From: an uncultured virus (IMG/VR IMGVR_UViG_3300035208_001903) | Taxonomy: Duplodnaviria; Heunggongvirae; Uroviricota; Caudoviricetes | Strand: one strand, 5' to 3' | IMG/VR virus record: IMGVR_UViG_3300035208_001903 | DNA: 60,903 nucleotides | In this document: positions 9,344 to 18,004 of the stretch, in pieces | Numbering within the stretch: the first letter of the stretch is position 1 | How the letters are laid out: every line of letters begins with the position of its first letter | The notes under the pieces: generated by a model | Seen by the model: only the letters and a program-made list of their open reading frames with translations | What the model was told of the DNA's origin: nothing | The model's database searches: none | Position numbers and translations under genes: made by a program

Positions 9344-9853
9344 TTATTCTTCTATTTGTTTAGTTTTTAAAATAACCTTAGGATCTTCAAATGTATACCA
9401 AATAATAATATCCTTCAATATTTCTGGCATATCATTATAACTATTATGCATAGGGGTCCAACCAGAAACATTAATAATCTTAGTTAATTCTTCAATTTTC
9501 ACATTATAATATTCGTTTAATAACAATTCTATAACCGAAGTATTACACACATAATATCTACTATTCTTATCTTCGTCTTCAATTTTAGTTAAATCGTATA
9601 TTTTTTCTAACAATAACTTTAAATCATTAATACGATTTTGCATATGTTCTGCCATAAAAGAAATACTTACTTGATCTGGTTCTTCGCATTCCTTAATTGT
9701 CTTTTTTATATTTTCAACAATATAGTTTACATTAAATGCTCCATATTCATAAGCTGTAACCATATCTGCTAAAAAATCTGCTTTATTCTTATCTAATGTA
9801 ATAATATAAGATGAACTACTTGAATTACTAACAAATCCTTTTCTAATTTTCAT
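9344..9853 (-). CDS. FVSNSSS-leader protein, paralog 4
   Basis: Starts MKIRKGFVSNSSSSSY; AGGAG RBS. Confidence 0.85.
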   Translation of the reverse strand: MKIRKGFVSNSSSSSYIITLDKNKADFLADMVTAYEYGAFNVNYIVENIKKTIKECEEPDQVSISFMAEHMQNRINDLKLLLEKIYDLTKIEDEDKNSRYYVCNTSVIELLLNEYYNVKIEELTKIINVSGWTPMHNSYNDMPEILKDIIIWYTFEDPKVILKTKQIEE

Positions 9854-9861
9854 ATTTTCTC

Positions 9862-10167
9862 CTAATCTTCTATTTTTATTGTAATATCCTTAATGTTTAA
9901 TTTTTCCATTAACTTATATATAATTGAATCAGGAGACTCTCCTTCACCTGAAAAAGCATTTTGATCTACTGAAGTATAAATTAGTATAAGTTGATTTTTT
10001 TCATATTCTTTTAAAGTATCTTTAATATCACTTTTATCTATACCATAATCCAATAATATTTTTTTATTACGTTTATCTAATTCAGTTTGTGATAAATCCA
10101 TTCTTTTCTGCATTATAATAAAACTGGAACTAGAACTATTACTTACAAATCCTTTTCTAATCTTCAT
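9862..10167 (-). CDS. FVSNSSS-leader protein, paralog 5
   Basis: Starts MKIRKGFVSNSSSSSF. Confidence 0.85.
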   Translation of the reverse strand: MKIRKGFVSNSSSSSFIIMQKRMDLSQTELDKRNKKILLDYGIDKSDIKDTLKEYEKNQLILIYTSVDQNAFSGEGESPDSIIYKLMEKLNIKDITIKIED

Positions 10168-10376
10168 AATGACCCCTTTGGTATAACGTGATTAAGCCCA
10201 GTTAAAACTTCATTAAGATCTTTAGCTTCCATGAATTCTAAATAATAATTTTTATTACTTTCAACTTCTTGTTTTAATGTTTGAGCATCAACTATAGCCT
10301 GATTACTAAGAGTAATTGAATCTATCTTCATTTGAATAATCTTTGAAGCTTTATCAAATAACTCAGACGATTTCAT
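10164..10376 (-). CDS. Hypothetical protein
   Basis: 70 aa helical ORF with AAGGA RBS between the radical SAM gene and paralog 5. Confidence 0.65.
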   Translation of the reverse strand: MKSSELFDKASKIIQMKIDSITLSNQAIVDAQTLKQEVESNKNYYLEFMEAKDLNEVLTGLNHVIPKGSL

Positions 10377-10384
10377 ATTGTTCC

Positions 10385-11446
10385 TTAAATTTCATAATCT
10401 TTAGGATTAATATCAAATATTAAACATTTTCTACAACCGCTTTTATAACAAGTATTTAATGATATATTTCTATATTTATTAACTTTTTCATTAAACCATA
10501 TATCTTTTAAAAAGTTATTACAATTTATAACAGACAATCCTTCTATCCATTCACCTTCACCTGTAGCAAAACTACACGGATAATAATTTCCATAAACATC
10601 TATATACGATGAAAACAACCCAAAACTCTCACAACTTTCTGACATCATTAATAAATCAGACTTCTGTTTTAATGACATCTCTTTATTAATCGCAATAGCA
10701 TTTTCAAAATCTGGGGTTGAGCAAGAATCAAATCCATATCTAATATTATTTTTCAAACAAAAATTAACCAAATCATTATATTCATTTGTAGTTAATACAT
10801 GAAAATTATTAGCAGCTCTACCCTTAGGTTTACATTTTAACAAAACAACAGCATTAAGATTTTTTAATCTTTCATCTATTAATGTATCATTTAATACTTC
10901 GTATACAAAATCTTTAGATTCTTTTGATGTGAATAAATGAATGTTTGTTTGTTTAATACCCAAATCCGTAAATTTCTTAACTGTATTATAACATATATTT
11001 TTATTACTTTCATAAGCTGACACAGCACAAGCTCCAATATAATTAACTACTTCTTTAGCTATTTCATCTGTTAAATCGATTCCTGACAATGTAAAATTAG
11101 GTATAATTCCTTTTTCTTTAGTATATTTTAACATTTTAATAAAATCTGGATTTGTTTGAATACCAGTAATTCCAAAAGCTATTTGAGTTAATGTATCAGG
11201 CATTTTATCTAATATTAATTTAAATGTTTCAAATGACATATTAGTAGGAAGTTTATTAGTATTATCTTTATAACACATTGGGCATTTGTTTGGACACCCA
11301 TTAATACTAATTTCTAGATCTAATATTTCAGGACCGAACGGGGAAAAACGAGGATCTTCTTCTAATGTTTTACCCCATCTAACAAAGAAGCCTGTTTCCG
11401 TATTAAAGTTATAGTTATATTCTGGTGAGCGATACTTTTTAATCAT
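10385..11446 (-). CDS. Radical SAM enzyme with SPASM/twitch domain
   Basis: CPNKCPMC (CX3CX2C); C-terminal CES...YIDVYGNYYPCSF...CYKSGCRKC. Confidence 0.9.
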   Translation of the reverse strand: MIKKYRSPEYNYNFNTETGFFVRWGKTLEEDPRFSPFGPEILDLEISINGCPNKCPMCYKDNTNKLPTNMSFETFKLILDKMPDTLTQIAFGITGIQTNPDFIKMLKYTKEKGIIPNFTLSGIDLTDEIAKEVVNYIGACAVSAYESNKNICYNTVKKFTDLGIKQTNIHLFTSKESKDFVYEVLNDTLIDERLKNLNAVVLLKCKPKGRAANNFHVLTTNEYNDLVNFCLKNNIRYGFDSCSTPDFENAIAINKEMSLKQKSDLLMMSESCESFGLFSSYIDVYGNYYPCSFATGEGEWIEGLSVINCNNFLKDIWFNEKVNKYRNISLNTCYKSGCRKCLIFDINPKDYEI

Positions 11447-11458
11447 TACTTTTTTCTT

Positions 11459-12010
11459 TCAATGATGTGAAATTTTTTGATGTTTAACTTTATCAAACAA
11501 ATTACCGTGTTCCATTGCAGAATATAATTCGCCATCATTATCACTATATTCAAACCTAAATGCTCTTTTTTCTTTAACTGCAGCTTTATCAATCATGTTT
11601 ATATAAGGTTTTAAATATTCATCTAATGCTTTTTCATAAGTATCATTATCATATCTTTCATTCCAAGGTGTCTTTTCATCTGTTCCTGGTTTTTTATAAC
11701 TAAAGTAATCCGGCATTTTATTATATTGACCTATAATAGATTCAACTATAGGATCATTTACTGGATGACCTGATTTAATATCTTCTACAATTTCTTTAAC
11801 AGTAGCATTTTTATTTTCTTGCATATCATTCCATACAATTTCAGCTATTTGATCTGTTGACCAAAAACCTTCGCTATATGGTGAATGATATTCTTTTCTA
11901 TCGCCAAACAACATTTTTTTAAGTTCATCTACATTTTCAGGAAGCTTTTCAAAATAAACAATAAATGAACTTGAAGAACTGTTACTTACAAATCCATTTC
12001 TAATCTTCAT
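11459..12010 (-). CDS. FVSNSSS-leader protein, paralog 6
   Basis: Starts MKIRNGFVSNSSSSSF; ends KISHH. Confidence 0.85.
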   Translation of the reverse strand: MKIRNGFVSNSSSSSFIVYFEKLPENVDELKKMLFGDRKEYHSPYSEGFWSTDQIAEIVWNDMQENKNATVKEIVEDIKSGHPVNDPIVESIIGQYNKMPDYFSYKKPGTDEKTPWNERYDNDTYEKALDEYLKPYINMIDKAAVKEKRAFRFEYSDNDGELYSAMEHGNLFDKVKHQKISHH

Positions 12011-12462
12011 AATTCACTTCTTTCTTTTTTAATTGCTTCTTCAATACCTTTAACTTGTGATTCATTTTGTTCAGTTACTTCTGCATCTTCAATATCATCA
12101 TTATCCACTAATATACCTGATAAAAAAACAACTCCTTTACTCACAACTTGTAAGTTGTTATTAAATAATCCGTACTTTAAAAAATCATCCATCATTTCAG
12201 ACTTAGACTGCGCAATAGTTTTATTTTCATCCAAATCATTTATAAATCTACCAAACAATACAAAACCATCTGGATGACATAAAATATTATTAGTTGAAAT
12301 AAATGCATACTTCTCATGAATTTCTTCTAATATTTCAGCTTTAACATTTTCTAAAAACCCCTCAAAACTATCCTCATCTATAATAATACCACATAATGTA
12401 AACTCAGAAGCCATATCTATCTCATTCTCAACTATACTTTTAACAGTTCTATAATGCATCAA
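12007..12462 (-). CDS. Hypothetical protein, possible leader-less relative of paralog 1
   Basis: SEFTLCGIIID resembles SSFLIYGIAID of 8124..8567; AAGGAG RBS. Confidence 0.6.
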   Translation of the reverse strand: MMHYRTVKSIVENEIDMASEFTLCGIIIDEDSFEGFLENVKAEILEEIHEKYAFISTNNILCHPDGFVLFGRFINDLDENKTIAQSKSEMMDDFLKYGLFNNNLQVVSKGVVFLSGILVDNDDIEDAEVTEQNESQVKGIEEAIKKERSEL

Positions 12463-12479
12463 AACTCCTTATTAAAATG

Positions 12480-13592
12480 TTAAGGATAGACTTTTTCAAT
12501 AAAAGGAATAACATCTCCACGTCTTGATATCAAACAAGTAGCTCCCTTATACGGTTTTAACTTTTCAAATATATCTAAATTATGCATTGTTGCACGACTA
12601 ATATTAACTCCATTTAATTCTACTGTCTCTAAAATTGCAACAGGAGTGATACGCGAACTGTTACCCAACTGCCAGACAATATCCTTAATCTTAGTCATTG
12701 CTGTTTCACTAGTAAACTTCCAAGCAATTTGACCTCTCAAATTCTCATTAAGCATACCTAAATCATTAAGCGTTTCAATATTATCTGGTTCTATAACTAA
12801 TCCATCAATGGCATGATCCAATCCTGCTCTAATAGATTGTTCGTATTCATTATAAACTATTTTAGATGTTTCAAAGTTTCCAGAAAAATGTTTACATGTT
12901 TTTAAACCTAATGATTCAATAAATTGATACATTTCTGATTTGGTTTTAAAATCACCAGAAGCATAATAATATCTTACATATAGATATTCTGAATACTTAG
13001 AGTCATATCTTTTAGCTATACCAGAAGCTCCATTACGTATGTTCTGAAATCCTTTTTCACCACGAGCTTCACATATTAAATTAACAGCCTTAAAATCATT
13101 TTTATTTAATAGAACTTCACCACGCAGACTCCCAGTATACTTATTATCAAGATTAACTTTAACATTTTGCATTTTAATTACATTTTGTGTAATTGCTTCA
13201 CCAATAAAACCATCTCCACGAGTAATACCATTAACTAATTTACCATTAATATAATCTATTGATAAAGACATTCCATCTAACTTTTCTGATGTAATTAAAG
13301 CTGTATCTGCATCAAAACGATTAGAAGCACACCAATCTATAAATTCATCAACAGTTTTAACCTTATTACACGAACACATAGGAATACTATGTTTTACTTT
13401 AGACCAATCAGAAGCTTCAGGAACAGGAGCACCAATGGTTTTTAAAAACGGATCATCTGGATATTGTTCTTTAAACGCATCTTTAAGGTCATCAAATTCT
13501 TTATCTGTTATAAAAGAAAATGATTTATTATAATAAGAATCACACGCCTGAATTAACTTCAACTTCATTTCATCATATGATAAAGACATCAA
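12480..13592 (-). CDS. ligA: NAD-dependent DNA ligase, N-terminal half (domain Ia, adenylation domain, OB fold)
   Basis: YYN...ITD.EFD, EKLDG, TRGDG, LRGE, NIRNGASG, DGLV, AWKF, SRATMHN, RRGDVIP, then a stop. Confidence 0.95.
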   Translation of the reverse strand: MMSLSYDEMKLKLIQACDSYYNKSFSFITDKEFDDLKDAFKEQYPDDPFLKTIGAPVPEASDWSKVKHSIPMCSCNKVKTVDEFIDWCASNRFDADTALITSEKLDGMSLSIDYINGKLVNGITRGDGFIGEAITQNVIKMQNVKVNLDNKYTGSLRGEVLLNKNDFKAVNLICEARGEKGFQNIRNGASGIAKRYDSKYSEYLYVRYYYASGDFKTKSEMYQFIESLGLKTCKHFSGNFETSKIVYNEYEQSIRAGLDHAIDGLVIEPDNIETLNDLGMLNENLRGQIAWKFTSETAMTKIKDIVWQLGNSSRITPVAILETVELNGVNISRATMHNLDIFEKLKPYKGATCLISRRGDVIPFIEKVYP

Positions 13593-13603
13593 ATAACTCC
13601 TTT

Positions 13604-13870
13604 TTAACTTAGTTTACCACATAATGCTCTACCTAAAGCAATTTGAACGCCCAATTTCTTATTATAATTATCTTTTAAACTACAACGAGCTGTACCTACA
13701 CCAATCAAAGCGTCTGTATCCCTAACTCTAACTTCAACCTTAGTTTCTCCACCACGAGAAAGTACTTCATCCCGAAAATTATTATTATCATCTTGAATTG
13801 TTATAACAGGTCGAATGTGCTGAACCCATACACGATAACCATTCTTTCTAAGTGAATAGACTGAATACAT
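13604..13870 (-). CDS. Hypothetical phage protein
   Basis: RGGET...GTARCSLKDNYNKKLGVQIALGRAL; AAAGGA RBS. Confidence 0.7.
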   Translation of the reverse strand: MYSVYSLRKNGYRVWVQHIRPVITIQDDNNNFRDEVLSRGGETKVEVRVRDTDALIGVGTARCSLKDNYNKKLGVQIALGRALCGKLS

Positions 13871-13902
13871 TTAAACATCCTTTCTGTATGATGTGTATTA
13901 CA

Positions 13903-13931
13903 AATATAATATCTTCCAAAAATATTGTCAA
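13903..13931 (-). promoter_or_regulatory. sigma70-type (early) promoter for the ligase/radical SAM block
   Basis: TTGACA (13931-13926), 17 nt spacer, TATATT (13908-13903). Confidence 0.75.
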
Positions 13932-14629
13932 GATTTGTTTTGTAGATATTCTTTAAGCATTTCAAAAGATATACCGCGCATAAGCCAGTGATGTTTTCCA
14001 ATCAATTTTTCATCATATCTATCTGATACACGCTTTTCTACTTCATTAATAATTTCTTCTGGAAAGTCTTTTTGATAAAATATATTATATGAATCTTTAA
14101 CTATTTTACCTTTATCAAACTTAGCTGTTTTAAAGTGATCATCAAAAAATGGTATTTGAAATTTTCCACCTTTATATTCTGAATAATAATTGTTTTCTTC
14201 ACGAGTTCGCCGCACTCTCCTAACAAGTATTTGATCGGTAAAACAATATATCATTTTAAAAGTAATATTAAATTTATCTTTAACTTCTCCAAAGCCAAAG
14301 ATAACAGATTCTTGTTTTCCTTCTTTGCCTAATTCAATAGCATTTTTTTCAGTTATATTTAAAATAAAATATGGATTTTCTAAATAATCATATTTACCAT
14401 GTATTTGAATAAAACCATATGCTCCACTTCTTAATTGACTTTTTAACCGATTATTTCTATCTTCGTTTTCTTTTTTGTTTAATTCTTGATTCATTGGATT
14501 TTCCCATGTTACAAAAGCAAAAGTTTTAACACTTGGTACTAATCCGGTAATAATTTGAGCCAATCTAGAAAACCCAGACTCTATTATTAGTTGCTCATTT
14601 TTATTCTTTATATATTGTTTAAAACTCAT
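13928..14629 (-). CDS. SAM lyase (T3 SAMase)-like protein with capsid-targeting-like leader
   Basis: FVTWENP...N..RNNRL...GKY...EN...KQESVIF pattern; leader MSFKQY...IIE. Confidence 0.55.
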   Translation of the reverse strand: MSFKQYIKNKNEQLIIESGFSRLAQIITGLVPSVKTFAFVTWENPMNQELNKKENEDRNNRLKSQLRSGAYGFIQIHGKYDYLENPYFILNITEKNAIELGKEGKQESVIFGFGEVKDKFNITFKMIYCFTDQILVRRVRRTREENNYYSEYKGGKFQIPFFDDHFKTAKFDKGKIVKDSYNIFYQKDFPEEIINEVEKRVSDRYDEKLIGKHHWLMRGISFEMLKEYLQNKS

Positions 14630-14632
14630 AAT

Positions 14633-15343
14633 TTAATCCACCTTATCATATCTAAAATTTTGTTCTTTATTGTTCCATATTTGATATGACATTATAGACC
14701 CATTTGGTACTTCTAAACCTTCAAACATAAAAGGAACATTTTGTTTTTTAATGTGTTGTGAATATGCTTGAGCTATTTTATTAAGTTTAATATTATTTCC
14801 AATTTTAAATTTAACTCCTTGTTTATCCATTACAACATAATCGCCTTTTGCATTTTTAATAATTACTCCGTTTTGTACTTCTCCGTCGATAGTCATAGCG
14901 TCACGAATAAGATTTTCAAAATCATCATAAATCATATTATTTGGTTTAATAACTAAATAACTTCTTTCAATCACATCAACTAATTTATTTTCAGGACAAT
15001 CTTGATATTTAATTGGATTGTTATCTGTACCTTTTAACTGACATTCTCTCCAATGCCCTATTAATGAATGAACTCCCATTTTAGCATTATTAAATATAGC
15101 TCTTAATTTTCTATTTCTTAAAATGTTTTCTTTACGATCAAACATTGCTAAATGCGCGGAAATTATAGCAAATGTCTGTTTTTGCATTAAATCTAATATA
15201 TGACTTAATGAAGATTCACTTATAACACTTAAATTTGGACATCCTTGTTCATAAAGCTTTAGCCCTTTAAAAACTCTTATAGTTTCTCCATAATAATCTA
15301 ATTGATATAAATTTTTACAATCTATAAAATTTTTATAGTCCAT
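14633..15343 (-). CDS. SAM lyase-like protein (divergent paralog)
   Basis: ESSLSHI, AIISAH, ENILRNRKL, GHWRE, ERSYLV, VQNGVII; start reassigned to ATG 15343. Confidence 0.5.
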   Translation of the reverse strand: MDYKNFIDCKNLYQLDYYGETIRVFKGLKLYEQGCPNLSVISESSLSHILDLMQKQTFAIISAHLAMFDRKENILRNRKLRAIFNNAKMGVHSLIGHWRECQLKGTDNNPIKYQDCPENKLVDVIERSYLVIKPNNMIYDDFENLIRDAMTIDGEVQNGVIIKNAKGDYVVMDKQGVKFKIGNNIKLNKIAQAYSQHIKKQNVPFMFEGLEVPNGSIMSYQIWNNKEQNFRYDKVD

Positions 15344-15345
15344 AA

Positions 15346-15993
15346 TTAATTTTCCTCTACTTTCATATCCTGCCATTTCTTTTTAGCACATGAATTACAG
15401 ACCCAACGACTAAAAAATCCTTCAGGTAATACAAGTTCATGTATATCTTTAATATTTTCAAATACAAATGGTCTATTAGAAATAGATGTAAAGAATTCAC
15501 TTTTCTTACCTAAAAATCTTTTACCTACAACTTGTTTTTCACCGTATTTAATTCTTGTATTAGGACAACGATTAGTTCCAATAAAAGTTGCAGACTCACC
15601 ACCTTTAGGAATCCATAAGATAGCTTCTTGTTCAAATTCTTCTCCTAAAGATTGTAAATCCTTTTCTAAAGTTCCATTATCATTTAAATCAACTACAAAA
15701 AAAGATGTTTCTGCACCAGACTTTTCAAAATCTGTTCCCATATTCTCAATCCATGCACCTTGAACATTAGTAACTCCGTATCTTTTATCCTGAAGTTTAG
15801 CTAACAACGACTTATTTCTTTTTCTATTATCTGCTATTGAATATTTTGCACCTTTACCACAATCTGCATAACTTCTAAAAGCTGTAATAATACCGCAATC
15901 ATGCAGTTTCATCATATCATATATTCGTGATAATCCTGATTCAACAAGTGGATTTAACTCATGTTGTTTAATATATTCTTTAAATTCACTCAT
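15346..15993 (-). CDS. SAM lyase-like protein with capsid-targeting-like leader
   Basis: GIITAFR, NRKRNKSL, GAWIE, AETSFFV, EEFEQEAILW. Confidence 0.6.
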   Translation of the reverse strand: MSEFKEYIKQHELNPLVESGLSRIYDMMKLHDCGIITAFRSYADCGKGAKYSIADNRKRNKSLLAKLQDKRYGVTNVQGAWIENMGTDFEKSGAETSFFVVDLNDNGTLEKDLQSLGEEFEQEAILWIPKGGESATFIGTNRCPNTRIKYGEKQVVGKRFLGKKSEFFTSISNRPFVFENIKDIHELVLPEGFFSRWVCNSCAKKKWQDMKVEEN

Positions 15994-15996
15994 ATA

Positions 15997-16635
15997 TTAA
16001 TCCTTATCTACTGATATATTCTGCCATTTCATTTTTGAAAAAGTATTACAACCTAATACTCCCATAAAACCATGAGGAGGAATTGTTATATCTTTAACTA
16101 TAAAATCTTCCTTAAATATAAATGGTCTATCCCCAACTCTAGTAAACACGGTTCCTTTATCTCCAAAGTATACTCCACTAAAAATCTTAACTTTATTAGG
16201 TCCAGGAAATCCATTTTCACATTGATTAGTAGCAATCATTTCTGCATTCTTTCCACCTTTAGGAATCCATAAAATTGCATCTTGATCAAACTCTGTACCT
16301 AACTCAATAAGATTATTTTTAAGTTTTCCAATATTTTCTATATCTACAACAAAGTAAGATGTTTCAGCACTTTTTAGCCCAGCATTGTTTATCCATGTTC
16401 CTTGAACAGCTGTTACTCCATAACCCATATTTCTTAACTTAGCCAATAAAGATCTATTACGTTGTTTGTTTTCGTGTCTACTATATTTCTTTCCATTTCC
16501 ACAATCTTCAGCATATCTAAAAGCAGTTATAATTCCAGTCTCATACTTTTCCATATAAGACCATACTCTAGACAAACTAGTTTCAACTAATTGATTTGTT
16601 TCAAGTTTTTTAATGTATTCTTTAAAATTGACCAT
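15997..16635 (-). CDS. SAM lyase-like protein with capsid-targeting-like leader
   Basis: GIITAFR, NKQRNRSL, GTWI, AETSYFV, EFDQDAILW; close paralog of 15346..15993. Confidence 0.6.
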   Translation of the reverse strand: MVNFKEYIKKLETNQLVETSLSRVWSYMEKYETGIITAFRYAEDCGNGKKYSRHENKQRNRSLLAKLRNMGYGVTAVQGTWINNAGLKSAETSYFVVDIENIGKLKNNLIELGTEFDQDAILWIPKGGKNAEMIATNQCENGFPGPNKVKIFSGVYFGDKGTVFTRVGDRPFIFKEDFIVKDITIPPHGFMGVLGCNTFSKMKWQNISVDKD

Positions 16636-16654
16636 AATTATCCCTTTCTTCTAT

Positions 16655-16683
16655 AATATACATTCAAATCATAGAATTGTCAA
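16655..16683 (-). promoter_or_regulatory. sigma70-type (early) promoter for the SAM-lyase-like array
   Basis: TTGACA (16683-16678), 17 nt spacer, TATATT (16660-16655); same ATCTTGACAA context as the 13.9 kb promoter. Confidence 0.75.
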
Positions 16684-16710
16684 GATATTGGTATGTAATT
16701 GATTTTTTAG

Positions 16711-17994
16711 TTATAACTTCAAACCAGAGCATCTATTGGCCAAATCTTTCATAAAAGCATCAGCTTCGCCACTATCTCTTAGCCAACCTTGAAATTTATC
16801 ACTTTTAAGAAAAACATCTTCTTTTCCGGTATGTGGAACCGAATCTCTCCAATCAGTCATCATGTTATTATATTCAATTGGTTTCTTTCTAGCAAGTAAT
16901 TGTAATTTATTTAGAATTTCATTAATAGTAATAGTTGTTTTGTCTTCTTCAACTTCTTCAGGTTCGTTATCATCAGAAGGAGCATTAGCTATATCTTCGT
17001 CTGAAACTTTTCCTAACAAAGTATTTAATTCGTCGTCTATTTCATCGTCTTCCCATTCATTTAGTTTCTTATTTTTAAATTCTTGCCATGATTCCGTTGT
17101 AGATTGATTTTCTATAGCTGCATTAATTTTGTTAATTGCATCTTCTAAACTTGTAACTTTTGTTTTTCTAAATTTAATTTTTCCGTGAGATAGTTCTAGA
17201 CTACCATTATTATTTAAATGAAACATACCCCATCTAGAATTTTGTAGTATATTATTTGCCCATTTTTCTTTTGGATCTAATGAAAACTTAATTAATAATG
17301 AAGCTCTATCCTTTCCACCTAATGTAGATAACATAGCATTAACATAAGGTGCCTTTATTAACTTATTAATTTCTTGAGGATTAACAGTTTCAGGATCTAC
17401 TATTTTCGTTACATTCTCATTCTCATTTACTTTATGTTTTCTTAAATAATCTTGAATATCACTACCCCAATAGACTATCTTTTCATCAGGACTCATTATT
17501 CCTTCTTCAGATCCTAATTCACTATATAAAAAATCCTCGTATCCATTATCAATAATACTTTGAATTGTTTGTTCTATATTATCAGTAAACTCTACTTCTT
17601 CATCATGAAACCAATGAACTGTACTTCCCTCTTCGTCTGTAATAGGTTCAATTTTTTCATATTTAATTGTTTCAACATTTTCTGGTTCTTCTCTATCATT
17701 AAAATCATTATCATCAAATATACCTTCATTTTGTTCAACTTTATTTGTCTTATAAGCATTACCCCAATCACTATTATTATCAGGACTTAATCCTAGCTTT
17801 TTTAAACCAAATCGCTGATATACTCTGGCCTTAAGTCCATTTTCTTCTAACTCTTTTATATCATCTTTAGCATCTTCAATATATTCCCAACCAGAATGTA
17901 TTACACCATTTGCCACTACATAAAACTTATAATCTGGATTATTAATTTGTTCAGATGCTTCTTTTAAATTTTTTAAGTATTGTTTATAAGACAT
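16711..17994 (-). CDS. Acidic multi-module putative internal head protein
   Basis: Leader MSYKQYLKNLKE; internal VNE, TTESWQEFKNKKLNE junctions. Confidence 0.6.
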   Translation of the reverse strand: MSYKQYLKNLKEASEQINNPDYKFYVVANGVIHSGWEYIEDAKDDIKELEENGLKARVYQRFGLKKLGLSPDNNSDWGNAYKTNKVEQNEGIFDDNDFNDREEPENVETIKYEKIEPITDEEGSTVHWFHDEEVEFTDNIEQTIQSIIDNGYEDFLYSELGSEEGIMSPDEKIVYWGSDIQDYLRKHKVNENENVTKIVDPETVNPQEINKLIKAPYVNAMLSTLGGKDRASLLIKFSLDPKEKWANNILQNSRWGMFHLNNNGSLELSHGKIKFRKTKVTSLEDAINKINAAIENQSTTESWQEFKNKKLNEWEDDEIDDELNTLLGKVSDEDIANAPSDDNEPEEVEEDKTTITINEILNKLQLLARKKPIEYNNMMTDWRDSVPHTGKEDVFLKSDKFQGWLRDSGEADAFMKDLANRCSGLKL

Positions 17995-18004
17995 GTTAGT
18001 TTCC

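Noticed and set aside
8521..12010. Repeated ~48-nt sequences as a CRISPR array or DGR template/variable repeats
   Set aside because: Copies are hundreds of bases apart, sit at gene starts and vary at synonymous positions; no cas or reverse transcriptase gene is in the window
7898..12479. Intron or split intein explaining the ligA interruption
   Set aside because: No intein terminal residues (C/S start, HN end) on either half, no homing endonuclease, no room for a group I/II RNA core, and the C-half has its own RBS and ATG
13801..14001. 66 aa minus-strand ORF (likewise 22445..22642)
   Set aside because: Out-of-frame overlap with better-supported genes; 13801..14001 also spans a promoter
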